Below the pieces are notes generated by a model. The model was given only the letters and a program-made list of their open reading frames with translations, searched no databases and was not told where the DNA came from. A stretch of DNA of 64,000 nt, taken from the NCBI GenBank assembly GCA_026710795.1, contig JAPOQK010000005.1, positions 1,561-65,560 of the forward strand, given 5' to 3'. The DNA comes from Candidatus Poribacteria bacterium (lineage in GTDB: Bacteria; Poribacteria; WGA-4E; WGA-3G). Made by a program: the position numbers and the translations under genes. Shown one piece after another: positions 55,305 through 64,000 of the stretch (its first letter is position 1; each line of letters starts with the position of its first letter).

Positions 55305-55559
55305 ATGAAGGTTACAGTCAAATACTTTGCCGTATGCCACGAGATGTTAGATAGATCCGAAGAAGAGATGCAGCTGCCGAAAGGTGCTACCGTCCAAACG
55401 ATTTTAAAAAGACTTGAGGAAGAATGGCCTGAAATTGCTGAGTTTTACGAAGTGATGCAAATGTCTGTTAATTGGGAATATGCCACCGAGAATACTGAAC
55501 TAACAGAGGGTGATGAAGTGGCGTTGATTCCTCCTGTAACAGGGGGAAGAAATGTTTAA
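55305..55559 (+). CDS. moaD: Molybdopterin synthase sulfur carrier subunit with GG followed by RNV
   Basis: VKYFA, SVNWEY, GDEVALIPPVTGG; AAGGAG RBS. Confidence 0.9.
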   Translation: MKVTVKYFAVCHEMLDRSEEEMQLPKGATVQTILKRLEEEWPEIAEFYEVMQMSVNWEYATENTELTEGDEVALIPPVTGGRNV

Positions 55560-55995
55560 GATTACCACGGATGTCATTACAGGTGCAGAGGTCCGGGAAG
55601 CGGTAGAGGCACCGGATGCCGGCGCGGTGATTCTGTTCTTCGGAACCGTTCGGGATAATACCGACGGTAGACCGACAAAATACCTCGAGTATGAGGCATA
55701 TCCTCCAATGGCTGAAAAGAAGATGGCGGAGATTGCTGATGAAATAGCAGATAAATGGGGTATTCATCGCGTGGCAATGATTCACCGTATCGGTAGGTTG
55801 GAAATAGGCGAAGTAAGTGTGGCTGTAGCGGTAGCTTCTCCGCATCGCAAAGATGGTTTTGAAGCCTGTCAATATGCGATGAATCGACTGAAACAGATTG
55901 TGCCTATTTGGAAACGCGAGGTGTGGGCAGACGGTGAAGCAGAATGGGTGAAACCGGATGCTGTCTTCTTTGAAGAACTGCCTGAAAGGACATAG
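55552..55995 (+). CDS. moaE: Molybdopterin synthase catalytic subunit
   Basis: GAVILFFGTVR, LEYEAY..MA, HRIG, SPHR, LKQIVPIWKRE. Confidence 0.95.
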   Translation: MFKITTDVITGAEVREAVEAPDAGAVILFFGTVRDNTDGRPTKYLEYEAYPPMAEKKMAEIADEIADKWGIHRVAMIHRIGRLEIGEVSVAVAVASPHRKDGFEACQYAMNRLKQIVPIWKREVWADGEAEWVKPDAVFFEELPERT

Positions 55996-56059
55996 TTGGC
56001 TGTCGGCTTCATATAATGCTAAATACTATAAAAGATAATTTTATAGGTGGCAACTTATG

Positions 56060-56929
56060 TTATTTTAACTTAATGAAGTTTTCAATCACATTTTTCAAAC
56101 CCCTTGGATCCAATTGTTCAAAAAATTTAGTGTTCTTAATACCCATAGCATTTAACCATGTTTTCCAATATGCTTGAATAATGTCAGAATCTTGGAAATG
56201 CATCACTCCATTTTCTTCGCGAAGTCGTATTTCAAGCATCAAGAATTTTATATTGAGATCACTGAAGTTTTTGACTGGTCGTAACCCTTCACTTCTGTTC
56301 TTTATCTTATTAACTGCTTCTGATTCATCGCGCAAAGTTCCAACCCTCATATATGTATCTTCGGGACGAATCGCTTCAATGTCAATATCAAAATTGAGGT
56401 AGCCATCAGAAAGACAGATTATCAAATTCTGGTGGTTTTTCGAGAAGGAAGACTCCGCTTTAGACCTAAACCAATCCCAAATATCTGAACCGGTTTGTGG
56501 GTGTTGCTGAACATGGTCATATAACTCAGGAATAGCATCAATTAACTCCTGTTTCCTTTTTTGGAATTCAGGATTTTCGCTACGTTTTTTTGGTGCTGTA
56601 ATTGTCAACTTGCTTATGATTTCATCGGAAGGATGCTTTGTTTTAGGTTGCTTTGGAACTGCAAGAGTAAGACTATGTGGAGTTTTTATTGTGCCGCCTT
56701 TCATGATGGTGGGTTCAACAAGTTTGTAAAACTGATCAACAACCTCTTTTATAACGTTGATGTCTCTTTCTCTTTGGTCGGGATGTCTTTCTTTACAAAC
56801 ACGATCCGATGTATCAATAATCACAACGATGTTTACGGGAGCATCTGATACTTTACTATCCGAATAACTTACATTTAGGAAAATAAAAAATAGAATATAT
56901 ATTACTACGGTGATATTAATTCTTCTCAT
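56060..56929 (-). CDS. Exported vWA-like hypothetical protein
   Basis: Signal peptide; NIVVIIDTSDR, GSDIW, LIICLSDG resemble MIDAS elements. Confidence 0.65.
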   Translation of the reverse strand: MRRINITVVIYILFFIFLNVSYSDSKVSDAPVNIVVIIDTSDRVCKERHPDQRERDINVIKEVVDQFYKLVEPTIMKGGTIKTPHSLTLAVPKQPKTKHPSDEIISKLTITAPKKRSENPEFQKRKQELIDAIPELYDHVQQHPQTGSDIWDWFRSKAESSFSKNHQNLIICLSDGYLNFDIDIEAIRPEDTYMRVGTLRDESEAVNKIKNRSEGLRPVKNFSDLNIKFLMLEIRLREENGVMHFQDSDIIQAYWKTWLNAMGIKNTKFFEQLDPRGLKNVIENFIKLK

Positions 56930-56938
56930 ATAAAACCT

Positions 56939-58504
56939 CTAAAATGTTTTAAGAGTTGTTTTGAAATTCTCAAGCGTCTGCTTCGCAAGTTCTTGAATCT
57001 CGGTGATTTGGTTTGAGATTTCCTGAGGTTGAAGATCGGTACTACATTGTGCTACATACCGACACCATCCCGTCACGAATTCATTAGCCTGTGCTTCCAT
57101 TTTCTTTATGTCAATAACCCTTTCGCGTTGTCCTTTTAAGTGTGCTTCGATCTCAGATTCACATCTGTCAATTTCCATTTGAAGGCTGTCAACCTGCTCG
57201 TTTAACAATTGGATTTCGTCTTGAATACTTTGGATTTCAGCATCTAAGCCAGCGATTTGGACTTCAATCGGATGCCGATATGTTTTTAGGAGCGACTCCG
57301 AATAGGTTCGTTTCTCTTCATCAAGTCGACTTAAACCTTCTTCTAAATTTTGGATTTCAGTATTTAAAGCAGATAATTCAACCAGTTTATCACTCTTTTC
57401 TGCTTTAATCTGCATTTCCACCTGCTTAGACTTGTCGTTTTGTGGGCGGATATTTTCCCATAACCCTAAAACCCAATGTAAACCGAAGCCTAAAAGGACT
57501 GAGGGACCAAAACCTAAGAGAAGGAAAAGGAAAAATAATCCCGCCTTACCTGACTCCCAAAAAGAATCCCAGTTAACATTTGTATTGCTTTCAGCTAAAT
57601 CTTTTCTTGCTTGAACTATCTTTTCTGCGATGTCCAATCCAACTGCCGCTTCAACGGAGAAAGTCATAAATATGAAGAAAATAACCACAACCCATTTTGT
57701 CCGTTGTTTTGTCCATTTTTCAGAATACCAAGCTAGATGCGTTACAATTGCAAGAAAGATGAATATAGAAGGAAACATAAGAATCAACCATCTGCGCGGG
57801 TCCTCATCGCTGGATTGCCAAGATCTATCTAACGCCTTGTAGTCAATAAGAGCAGTTAAATCCATATCATCACTCGATTTGACAACTTTTTCCCCCGCAG
57901 ACACATAAAAAAGATAGAGATAAAAGAATAGTGCAATAACCGCAGCTGTGGCGAAACTCGAAAAAATTAATTTAGGAACCCTCTGTAATATATTAGAGAC
58001 CCCGTGTCGTAATTTTGAAAACCAGTGTTCAGACTGCTGGTGAACCGCTCCATCCGTGTTCAAAGCATCTAATTCAACTTGAGTTGGTGATTCTAAATCT
58101 GTTTCGATTTTGGCTTTTTCTAATTTCTTGGATTCCATATCCGAAATCTTTACTTCAATTTTTTCGTTTAGTTCCACAATACGTGAACCTTCCGATGTCT
58201 CCAAGATTTCTACTGGGGATTCCATTTTTACATTGAGCTCGGTTAATTCTACCTTCTTTATTTCAAGTTCTTTAGTTGCATCACGGATCGCATTTTGCCG
58301 CTGGACCTTCTGATCCTCAAGTACACTTTTATCCTCAACCAAAACCTCTATTTTTGCTTGAAAATAATCATCGGTAAATGCGATTTCAAGATTCTCATCA
58401 CGGATAATGACATTAAGATGTTCTTGTAATGCCTCTGTTATCCCTCTGCCCGCAGCTGCACAAGCAAAACCACTGTCTGCACTATAATGAGGTTTACCAT
58501 TCAA
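56939..58504 (-). CDS. Coiled-coil protein with central 4-TM domain
   Basis: Heptad-rich N and C halves flanking four hydrophobic helices; TTG start with GAGGAGG RBS overlapping the upstream TGA. Confidence 0.8.
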   Translation of the reverse strand: MNGKPHYSADSGFACAAAGRGITEALQEHLNVIIRDENLEIAFTDDYFQAKIEVLVEDKSVLEDQKVQRQNAIRDATKELEIKKVELTELNVKMESPVEILETSEGSRIVELNEKIEVKISDMESKKLEKAKIETDLESPTQVELDALNTDGAVHQQSEHWFSKLRHGVSNILQRVPKLIFSSFATAAVIALFFYLYLFYVSAGEKVVKSSDDMDLTALIDYKALDRSWQSSDEDPRRWLILMFPSIFIFLAIVTHLAWYSEKWTKQRTKWVVVIFFIFMTFSVEAAVGLDIAEKIVQARKDLAESNTNVNWDSFWESGKAGLFFLFLLLGFGPSVLLGFGLHWVLGLWENIRPQNDKSKQVEMQIKAEKSDKLVELSALNTEIQNLEEGLSRLDEEKRTYSESLLKTYRHPIEVQIAGLDAEIQSIQDEIQLLNEQVDSLQMEIDRCESEIEAHLKGQRERVIDIKKMEAQANEFVTGWCRYVAQCSTDLQPQEISNQITEIQELAKQTLENFKTTLKTF

Positions 58505-58932
58505 AATTGTTCCTCCTCTTTAGGTGCTGGTGTTCTCTTATTGGAGAGTTTGCTAAAACGTGTCAGAAATTGTGATGTCCACTTTCTCCAAAGACTATCA
58601 GAACTAACACAATTGGCATGTGTTGGTTGGCGTTTATGAACTTCTTTTAGTTTGTGTATTGCTTCTGACGGTTCTGGAAATGTAAAAAACTCACGATCTT
58701 TGTTAGGACGCGACTCAATGAGTTCTTGATGTATCAAGGTTTCAAGTTCCTTTGGATTGTCACATAATTCCTCATGAACAACATCAAAAGGCAGTGGTAC
58801 ACCAGTTCCGACCGTGCCATTATAGCCATGATAAAGTTGGTCTGCTCGATCTTGTGCAGTTTGCGTCTCCGTAAATCCGATTTTTACTAAGTCCGGCATT
58901 GCCTTATTCGTCAAGATATAAACACTTCCCAT
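58501..58932 (-). CDS. T5orf172/GIY-YIG family nuclease-domain protein
   Basis: GSVYILTNKAMPDLVKIGFT, TGVPLPF, LE..IH..L...R...REFF. Confidence 0.88.
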   Translation of the reverse strand: MGSVYILTNKAMPDLVKIGFTETQTAQDRADQLYHGYNGTVGTGVPLPFDVVHEELCDNPKELETLIHQELIESRPNKDREFFTFPEPSEAIHKLKEVHKRQPTHANCVSSDSLWRKWTSQFLTRFSKLSNKRTPAPKEEEQF

Positions 58933-58990
58933 AAATTATCCTTTCATACGTATTATATTAAGGTGAGTTTCGGTATAATTATTTGAAACG

Positions 58991-59052
58991 GATGCGGTTA
59001 GGAAACCGCGCCTACTAAGAATGTAGGAAGCGGAATGAATTGCGCGCCTACA
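58991..59052. repeat. GTAG-type REP pair
   Basis: GCGGTTAGGAAACCGCGCCTAC and GTAGG...GCGCCTAC. Confidence 0.6.
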
Positions 59053-59111
59053 ATGTTATAAATCTAAAGAACATGGGACTGTATGTCTTATTAATGGTTT
59101 CAACAGAGATA

Positions 59112-60236
59112 TTACGAAACGCAAAACCGATCAACAAACTTGCTAAAGATGTCGATTCCCTTCTCAAATTGATCTAATGCCATCCACTCATCAACGGTAT
59201 GTGCTTGTAAAATACTTCCTGGTCCTATAATCACTGTTTCCATGTGCTTTGAAAAGACCGCTGCATCGGTGCTATACGCCACAGTATGCGGTTTCGTATC
59301 TCCAGTGATTTCAAGTGCTGCTTGGATAATATCAGCGTCAGGTGACGTGCGAACGGGACCAGCATTGATGAATAGATTGAATTCCAATCCGTATTTTTCA
59401 GCCGCTTCGCGTCCCCGATCAATCCATATTTGCGGTTCGTCACCCGGCATCGGACGGTAGTTTATATTACACACACTCATTGGTGAGGTGATGTTGGCGG
59501 TACACTCTCCATCACTGATGGTGATATTCCAATCTGTAAAGGGCGGGGTAAATTCAGAATTGAAATATTGAGAATCGGTTGTCAATTCTTGATGTATCTC
59601 TCGCATTTCTGAAAGAAACGGTATGAGTTTTAGATTTGCATTGTCTCCTTCACCGGTGCTGCTGTGGGCTGCGCGTCCGTATGCAGTCACCGAAAAACGA
59701 ACTGCACCTTTGTGGGCATAAACGGCTTTCAGCTCAGTCGGTTCCCCAACCACCCCGTATTGTGGAAATCCGTGCTGTTTGAACATCTCCGATTTTTCTT
59801 CAACAGCACTTGCACCAAAATAGCCGACCTCCTCATCAGCAGTGATAACCACATACAGTGGGGCATCTAACTCAGACACGGAATAACGAGACGCAACCTC
59901 AATCATACAAGCGACGCTGCCCTTCATATCGCAGCTGCCACGACCATACATCTTATCGCCTACGATTCGCGCCTCAAAAGGGTTTTCTGACCAGCCAATC
60001 GCAGGAACGGTGTCTATATGTCCAAGAAGTGCGAGTCCACCTTTATTGGTATTGCGTCCTTTACGACCAATCAGATTTACTTTCAGTACACCTGCGGGGT
60101 CATTATATTCCACACGTTCCACTTCGCAACCAACGGATTCCAACGTATCAGTAAGGAAGTCCATGACTTCAACGTTGCTTTCAGGGCTTACTGTGTCATA
60201 ACCAATAAGTGTTTTAGTCAATTCTATTGCATTCAT
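59112..60236 (-). CDS. argE: M20 family amidohydrolase, acetylornithine deacetylase-like
   Basis: GHIDTVP, GRGSCDMKG, ADEEVG, GEPT, AHKG, GPGSILQAHTVDEW. Confidence 0.8.
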   Translation of the reverse strand: MNAIELTKTLIGYDTVSPESNVEVMDFLTDTLESVGCEVERVEYNDPAGVLKVNLIGRKGRNTNKGGLALLGHIDTVPAIGWSENPFEARIVGDKMYGRGSCDMKGSVACMIEVASRYSVSELDAPLYVVITADEEVGYFGASAVEEKSEMFKQHGFPQYGVVGEPTELKAVYAHKGAVRFSVTAYGRAAHSSTGEGDNANLKLIPFLSEMREIHQELTTDSQYFNSEFTPPFTDWNITISDGECTANITSPMSVCNINYRPMPGDEPQIWIDRGREAAEKYGLEFNLFINAGPVRTSPDADIIQAALEITGDTKPHTVAYSTDAAVFSKHMETVIIGPGSILQAHTVDEWMALDQFEKGIDIFSKFVDRFCVS

Positions 60237-60485
60237 AGTTTTCTATTTTACTGAATGCTGTGTAGTTTGTCAATTCCTTTTTATCATAAAAGGTTTATTA
60301 GTTTTAGGGTTTTTGATTAGATTTTATCACAAACGTTCTTGTTCCTATTGCTTTTTTGAGGTGTTCAATCATTATTTGTCTCAACTAGGACTTGCCGTTT
60401 ACAGGACCCCTAACATTGTATGGTAGGGTCTCTGTGTCCTGCCATATCCATCCTTTAAAAAGGAACACTGGAATACCAAACTCAT

Positions 60486-60631
60486 AATCCTGTAAATCCT
60501 ATAATCCGTGGAATGCCAAAAGGCATTCATACCCGACAAATGCCATACGCGCATTTGGCGTTGATTTGGGGGAACGCCAACAGGCGTTCATACCGTTGAT
60601 TTCTTGATTTGGTAAATCCTGGTTCAGGCAA
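60486..60631. repeat. Three GAATG-type hairpin units nested inside an AATCCTG repeat
   Basis: GAATGCCAAAAGGCATTC, AAATGC..GCATTT, GAACGCCAACAGGCGTTC with CGTTGATTT tails. Confidence 0.75.
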
Positions 60632-60646
60632 TCATAATTTAAAATA

Positions 60647-61005
60647 CCAATATATATCCAATAAAACATTTACTTTTTAATTTGACATCTACAAAAAGAT
60701 ACTATATAATTAACATTTGTTTAGAATGTAGGATTATATCTGTGACACGAGTTGAGATACGTTAGAAGGAGGTATAAACACAAATTCACCAAGTGTGTAG
60801 TGCTTGGTTTTTGTGTCTAAGGGACTGTATATGGGGTTTCTAAATTTCCCAGCTTCATGTCTTACAAATTGTGAAGGTAGGTCAAGATAAGAAAAAGACT
60901 AAAAAGGAGCAAATAAAAAAAGCGAAATTCGCGTCACATTCCTTATCCTGACTGAATTCTTTAAGTCACAGGTGACGTGTAAAACGTCACAATTTATAGC
61001 ACATA
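60647..61005 (+). ncRNA. Copy B of duplicated promoter-bearing non-coding element (putative ncRNA)
   Basis: Aligns with 21087-21406; TTGACA (60682-60687) N17 TATAAT (60705-60710). Confidence 0.45.
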
Positions 61006-61301
61006 CTGATAAACAACGTAAGGGTAAATTAACAGGTATAGGTTTGCTTCTCTCTACACGGTCTATAAGAGATTATATTGAATTGTGAAAAATATATCCG
61101 AAAATACTTAAAACCAAATAACCCTGTTGTCATCAAATTGTATCTTGACAAGATATAATGGAAAGATTAATATAAATATATGATGTGTATATCTAAATGA
61201 AGTTCTACAATATTCAACCTAATTTTCCTCAGAATATGCCGACTTTTATTGCAAACTGACTAAATAAAATATTGCTCTATTATATGGACTATAGACAAAA
61301 A

Positions 61302-62285
61302 ATGCGAATTCTGCTATTATTTCAATACGGTTTCATTTTGATGTTGACCCTCTTTTGCGGTATTGCGATTAATTCTGCGTTTTGTGACCCACAATCATTG
61401 ATTGCATTTGCTTCTAATATTAATGGGAACTGGGACATTTACCTTACAGATTCCAGTGGGAAGAAACCTGTAAATCTTACGCTCAATCCATCAGCCGATT
61501 ACTACCCAATGTGGTCACCCGATGGGACTGAGATCGCATTTTTTTCAAGACGTGATAAAAACCACGAAATTTATGTGATGCACGCTGATGGCACAAATCA
61601 GAGAAGGTTGACACATCATCTAGCAACAGATAAAGCACCTTCATGGTCACCAGATGGCAAACGTTTGGCTTTTAGTTCAAATCGTGAAGGTCATTACAAT
61701 ATCTACATTTTAGAATTAAAAAGCCGTGTGGTAAAAAATATCACTAAAAACAATTTCTCAGACGGTATACCTATTTGGTCACCAGATGGAAGATTTTTGG
61801 CTTTTCACTCACAACGTGACTTAAATTGGGATATATACACCATTGATGTTACAAGCCGAGAAGAGCAACGATTAACACATCAACCATTGATGGATACATA
61901 CCCAACGTGGTCACCTAATGGTAAGAATATATTATATGCTTCTATGCGGCAAGATGTGGATCAAGCCGATTTCGACCTCTACCTAATGGATGCTGAGGAT
62001 GGTGGGAACAAAAAAGCACTCACTGATACACCAATTGATGAGGCAGTTCCATCGTGGTCACCTGATGGTAGTTTGATTGCATTTCAATCTGAAAAAGATG
62101 CACGATGGGTTATACATCTTATGAACGCAGATGGAAGTGAACGTCGTGAGCTTATTAACAATAATGCTTGGGCAGCACAACCGAAATGGCAGGTTGGTAC
62201 TGTAGGATTATCTATTGAACCCTCATTTTTACAATTTCAACAATGGGGTAAACTTAAGACCCCGTACGAAGCCATCAATAACTAA
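61302..62285 (+). CDS. TolB-like PD40 beta-propeller protein with degenerate C-terminal WG motif
   Basis: Repeated P.WSPDG..IAF.S.R.....IY; ends IEPSFLQFQQWGKLK; start uncertain. Confidence 0.85.
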   Translation: MRILLLFQYGFILMLTLFCGIAINSAFCDPQSLIAFASNINGNWDIYLTDSSGKKPVNLTLNPSADYYPMWSPDGTEIAFFSRRDKNHEIYVMHADGTNQRRLTHHLATDKAPSWSPDGKRLAFSSNREGHYNIYILELKSRVVKNITKNNFSDGIPIWSPDGRFLAFHSQRDLNWDIYTIDVTSREEQRLTHQPLMDTYPTWSPNGKNILYASMRQDVDQADFDLYLMDAEDGGNKKALTDTPIDEAVPSWSPDGSLIAFQSEKDARWVIHLMNADGSERRELINNNAWAAQPKWQVGTVGLSIEPSFLQFQQWGKLKTPYEAINN

Positions 62286-62340
62286 AAGTGAACAAACGGT
62301 GCGTTATTCGTGTCGTATAGAATACAAAGGAGATGTTTAT

Positions 62341-62988
62341 ATGCGTAACATGATGTATGTTTTGAGTATATTATTAATTATCGGTATACTAATGTTGAAC
62401 GGTGTTAGTTATAGTTATGATAGAGCAATTGAGGCAGAGATGGCTGACACAATTGAAGCACCAATGGTTGTCGCCGATGATGATGGAGCATCAGACGGAA
62501 AGTATGTATGGATGGAAGGACCTCCACTTGCTGGTGGCGGTGACCAAGGTTGGGCTGAATTCATAATAGATATCCCAACAGCCGGCACCTATGCATTATG
62601 GGCACATGTCTTTGTGTGGGATGGAAACAGCGACTCTTTTTGGGTAACTTGGCAGCCAGCGGATCCAGATGAAGATGCTCAGGTTACAAAAAATACAGAA
62701 TACCGTTGGAGTATTGGTACAAAGAATGAGTGGCACTGGGATCGTATCAATCATTGGTTGGATGGTGGAACTTTCGACAGAGAATGGGAGTTACCTGCCG
62801 GGGAATCAACCCTACGCATTGCTGTTAGGGAAGATGCGGCAAAATTAGATGTGGTCTTTATCACAGATAATCTCTCTGATAATGTGGAAGAAGTCAACCC
62901 GCGTTTCCCTGGACCTGAGGATGTTACCCCAGTTGAACCTCAAGCGAAACTCACCACAACATGGGGAAACCTCAAATCGCAATGGTAA
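62341..62988 (+). CDS. Secreted CBM-like jelly-roll protein with TTWG motif
   Basis: IEAE, ASDGKYV, GTYALWA, SDSFWV, REDAAKLD; AAGGAG RBS; ends VEPQAKLTTTWGNLKSQW. Confidence 0.82.
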   Translation: MRNMMYVLSILLIIGILMLNGVSYSYDRAIEAEMADTIEAPMVVADDDGASDGKYVWMEGPPLAGGGDQGWAEFIIDIPTAGTYALWAHVFVWDGNSDSFWVTWQPADPDEDAQVTKNTEYRWSIGTKNEWHWDRINHWLDGGTFDREWELPAGESTLRIAVREDAAKLDVVFITDNLSDNVEEVNPRFPGPEDVTPVEPQAKLTTTWGNLKSQW

Positions 62989-63032
62989 GTAATTCGCATA
63001 ACACAATTCAGTGTTAAACCCATATCTATTTT

Positions 63033-63064
63033 AGGTTGAGATAACAATTTGGTTATCTCAACCT
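63033..63064 (+). terminator. 13-bp perfect hairpin between paralogs
   Basis: AGGTTGAGATAAC-N6-GTTATCTCAACCT. Confidence 0.55.
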
Positions 63065-63098
63065 GTTACCTTACAATAATATATAGAAAGGAGTTACC

Positions 63099-63776
63099 AT
63101 GAAATACGGTATTATTGTTTTTTCAATGCTAATTGTTTCAGTATTTGTTATTACACCAGTGAGTTATTCTGCGGATTTTGAACTGGCACTTGAAGCAGAA
63201 TTGGCGAATGTTATACAGGAACCGATGGTAATTGCTGAAGATGCGCAGACATCAGATGGCAAATACGTCTGGATGGAAGGAGAACCTGCAACAGGTGGTG
63301 GTGACAAAGGTTGGGTAGAGTTCATTATCAACCTTCCCGATGATGGCACCTATGCATTATGGGCACATACTTTTGCATGGGACGGCAACAGTGATTCGTT
63401 TTGGGTAACATGGCAGCCCTCTGACCCAGACGAAAATCCTCAAGTTACAAAAAATACTGAGTATAGATGGAGTATTGGCACAAAAAATGCTTGGCATTGG
63501 GACCGTATTAATCACTGGTTAGATGCTGGAACCTTTGATAGGGAATGGGAGTTTGATAAGGAAGGTGAAACTGTATTGCGCATTTGGACACGTGAGGATG
63601 CGTCAAAATTAGATGCGATTTTTGTGACTTCAAATACAAATGCAGGGACCCCTGACCAAGCCAAAGTCCGTTTGCCAACAGCTGAAGATAGGGAATTTCA
63701 GGTTGAAGGACTATCCGTTGAAGCGAAGGACAAATTGACCACCACATGGGGTTCACTGAAACAGACATATCGTTAA
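63099..63776 (+). CDS. Tandem paralog of the CBM-like protein with TTWG motif
   Basis: Shares WDGNSDSFWVTWQP and QVTKNTEYRWSIGTKN; ends VEAKDKLTTTWGSLKQTYR. Confidence 0.85.
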   Translation: MKYGIIVFSMLIVSVFVITPVSYSADFELALEAELANVIQEPMVIAEDAQTSDGKYVWMEGEPATGGGDKGWVEFIINLPDDGTYALWAHTFAWDGNSDSFWVTWQPSDPDENPQVTKNTEYRWSIGTKNAWHWDRINHWLDAGTFDREWEFDKEGETVLRIWTREDASKLDAIFVTSNTNAGTPDQAKVRLPTAEDREFQVEGLSVEAKDKLTTTWGSLKQTYR

Positions 63777-63857
63777 GAAAAGATGGGTAAGATCCGTTCC
63801 AACTTGATAATCTATATGGTTCTGCACTCCACTGCATGTAATCTAAAGATGTTTGAT

Positions 63858-63890
63858 TAAGAAAAGGGACTTTAGTGGTCCTTTTTCTTA
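63858..63890 (+). terminator. Intrinsic, possibly bidirectional, terminator
   Basis: AAGAAAAGGGAC-TTTAGTG-GTCCTTTTTCTT. Confidence 0.7.
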
Positions 63891-64000
63891 TGAAACGATT
63901 GTTTATGAAATAATAGGTCTGTTCACGATAGTGATGGACTTCCCATTTGTCAAATCCACGCTCAATTTGTATGATCTGTTCAGTGGAACCGAGTTTTGAC

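Overview
Bacterial chromosomal window, densely coding, about 55 credible CDS. No rRNA, tRNA, CRISPR array or intact transposase is visible. The gene repertoire resembles Candidatus Poribacteria or a related PVC/FCB-like lineage (inference): three PhyH dioxygenases, tandem sulfatases, an ECF sigma-WD40 fusion, LamG/CBM/TolB proteins ending in a VEP..KL.TTWG.LK motif, and dockerin or FlgD-like tailed secreted proteins. Housekeeping content: aapJQMP, tgt, fabV, dnaK, icd-mdh, a paoABC-like molybdoenzyme, trxA, waaA, folB, moaDE, argE. Most notable observations: (1) a roughly 320-360 bp intergenic element present twice, 39.5 kb apart, each copy with a perfect TTGACA-N17-TATAAT promoter, two AAC-N4-GTT-like boxes and a GTCAC/GTGAC switch-like 3' block, but no conserved ORF; (2) a translationally coupled GIY-YIG + coiled-coil/TM + vWA-like operon; (3) a Tat leader shared between a 2Fe-2S subunit and a duplicated sulfatase that keeps its internal start; (4) a very divergent citrate-synthase-fold gene ahead of icd-mdh; (5) a sigma54-type promoter with paired palindromes upstream of dnaK; (6) several nested small repeat families. 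All calls come from reading motifs by eye; no database search was run.
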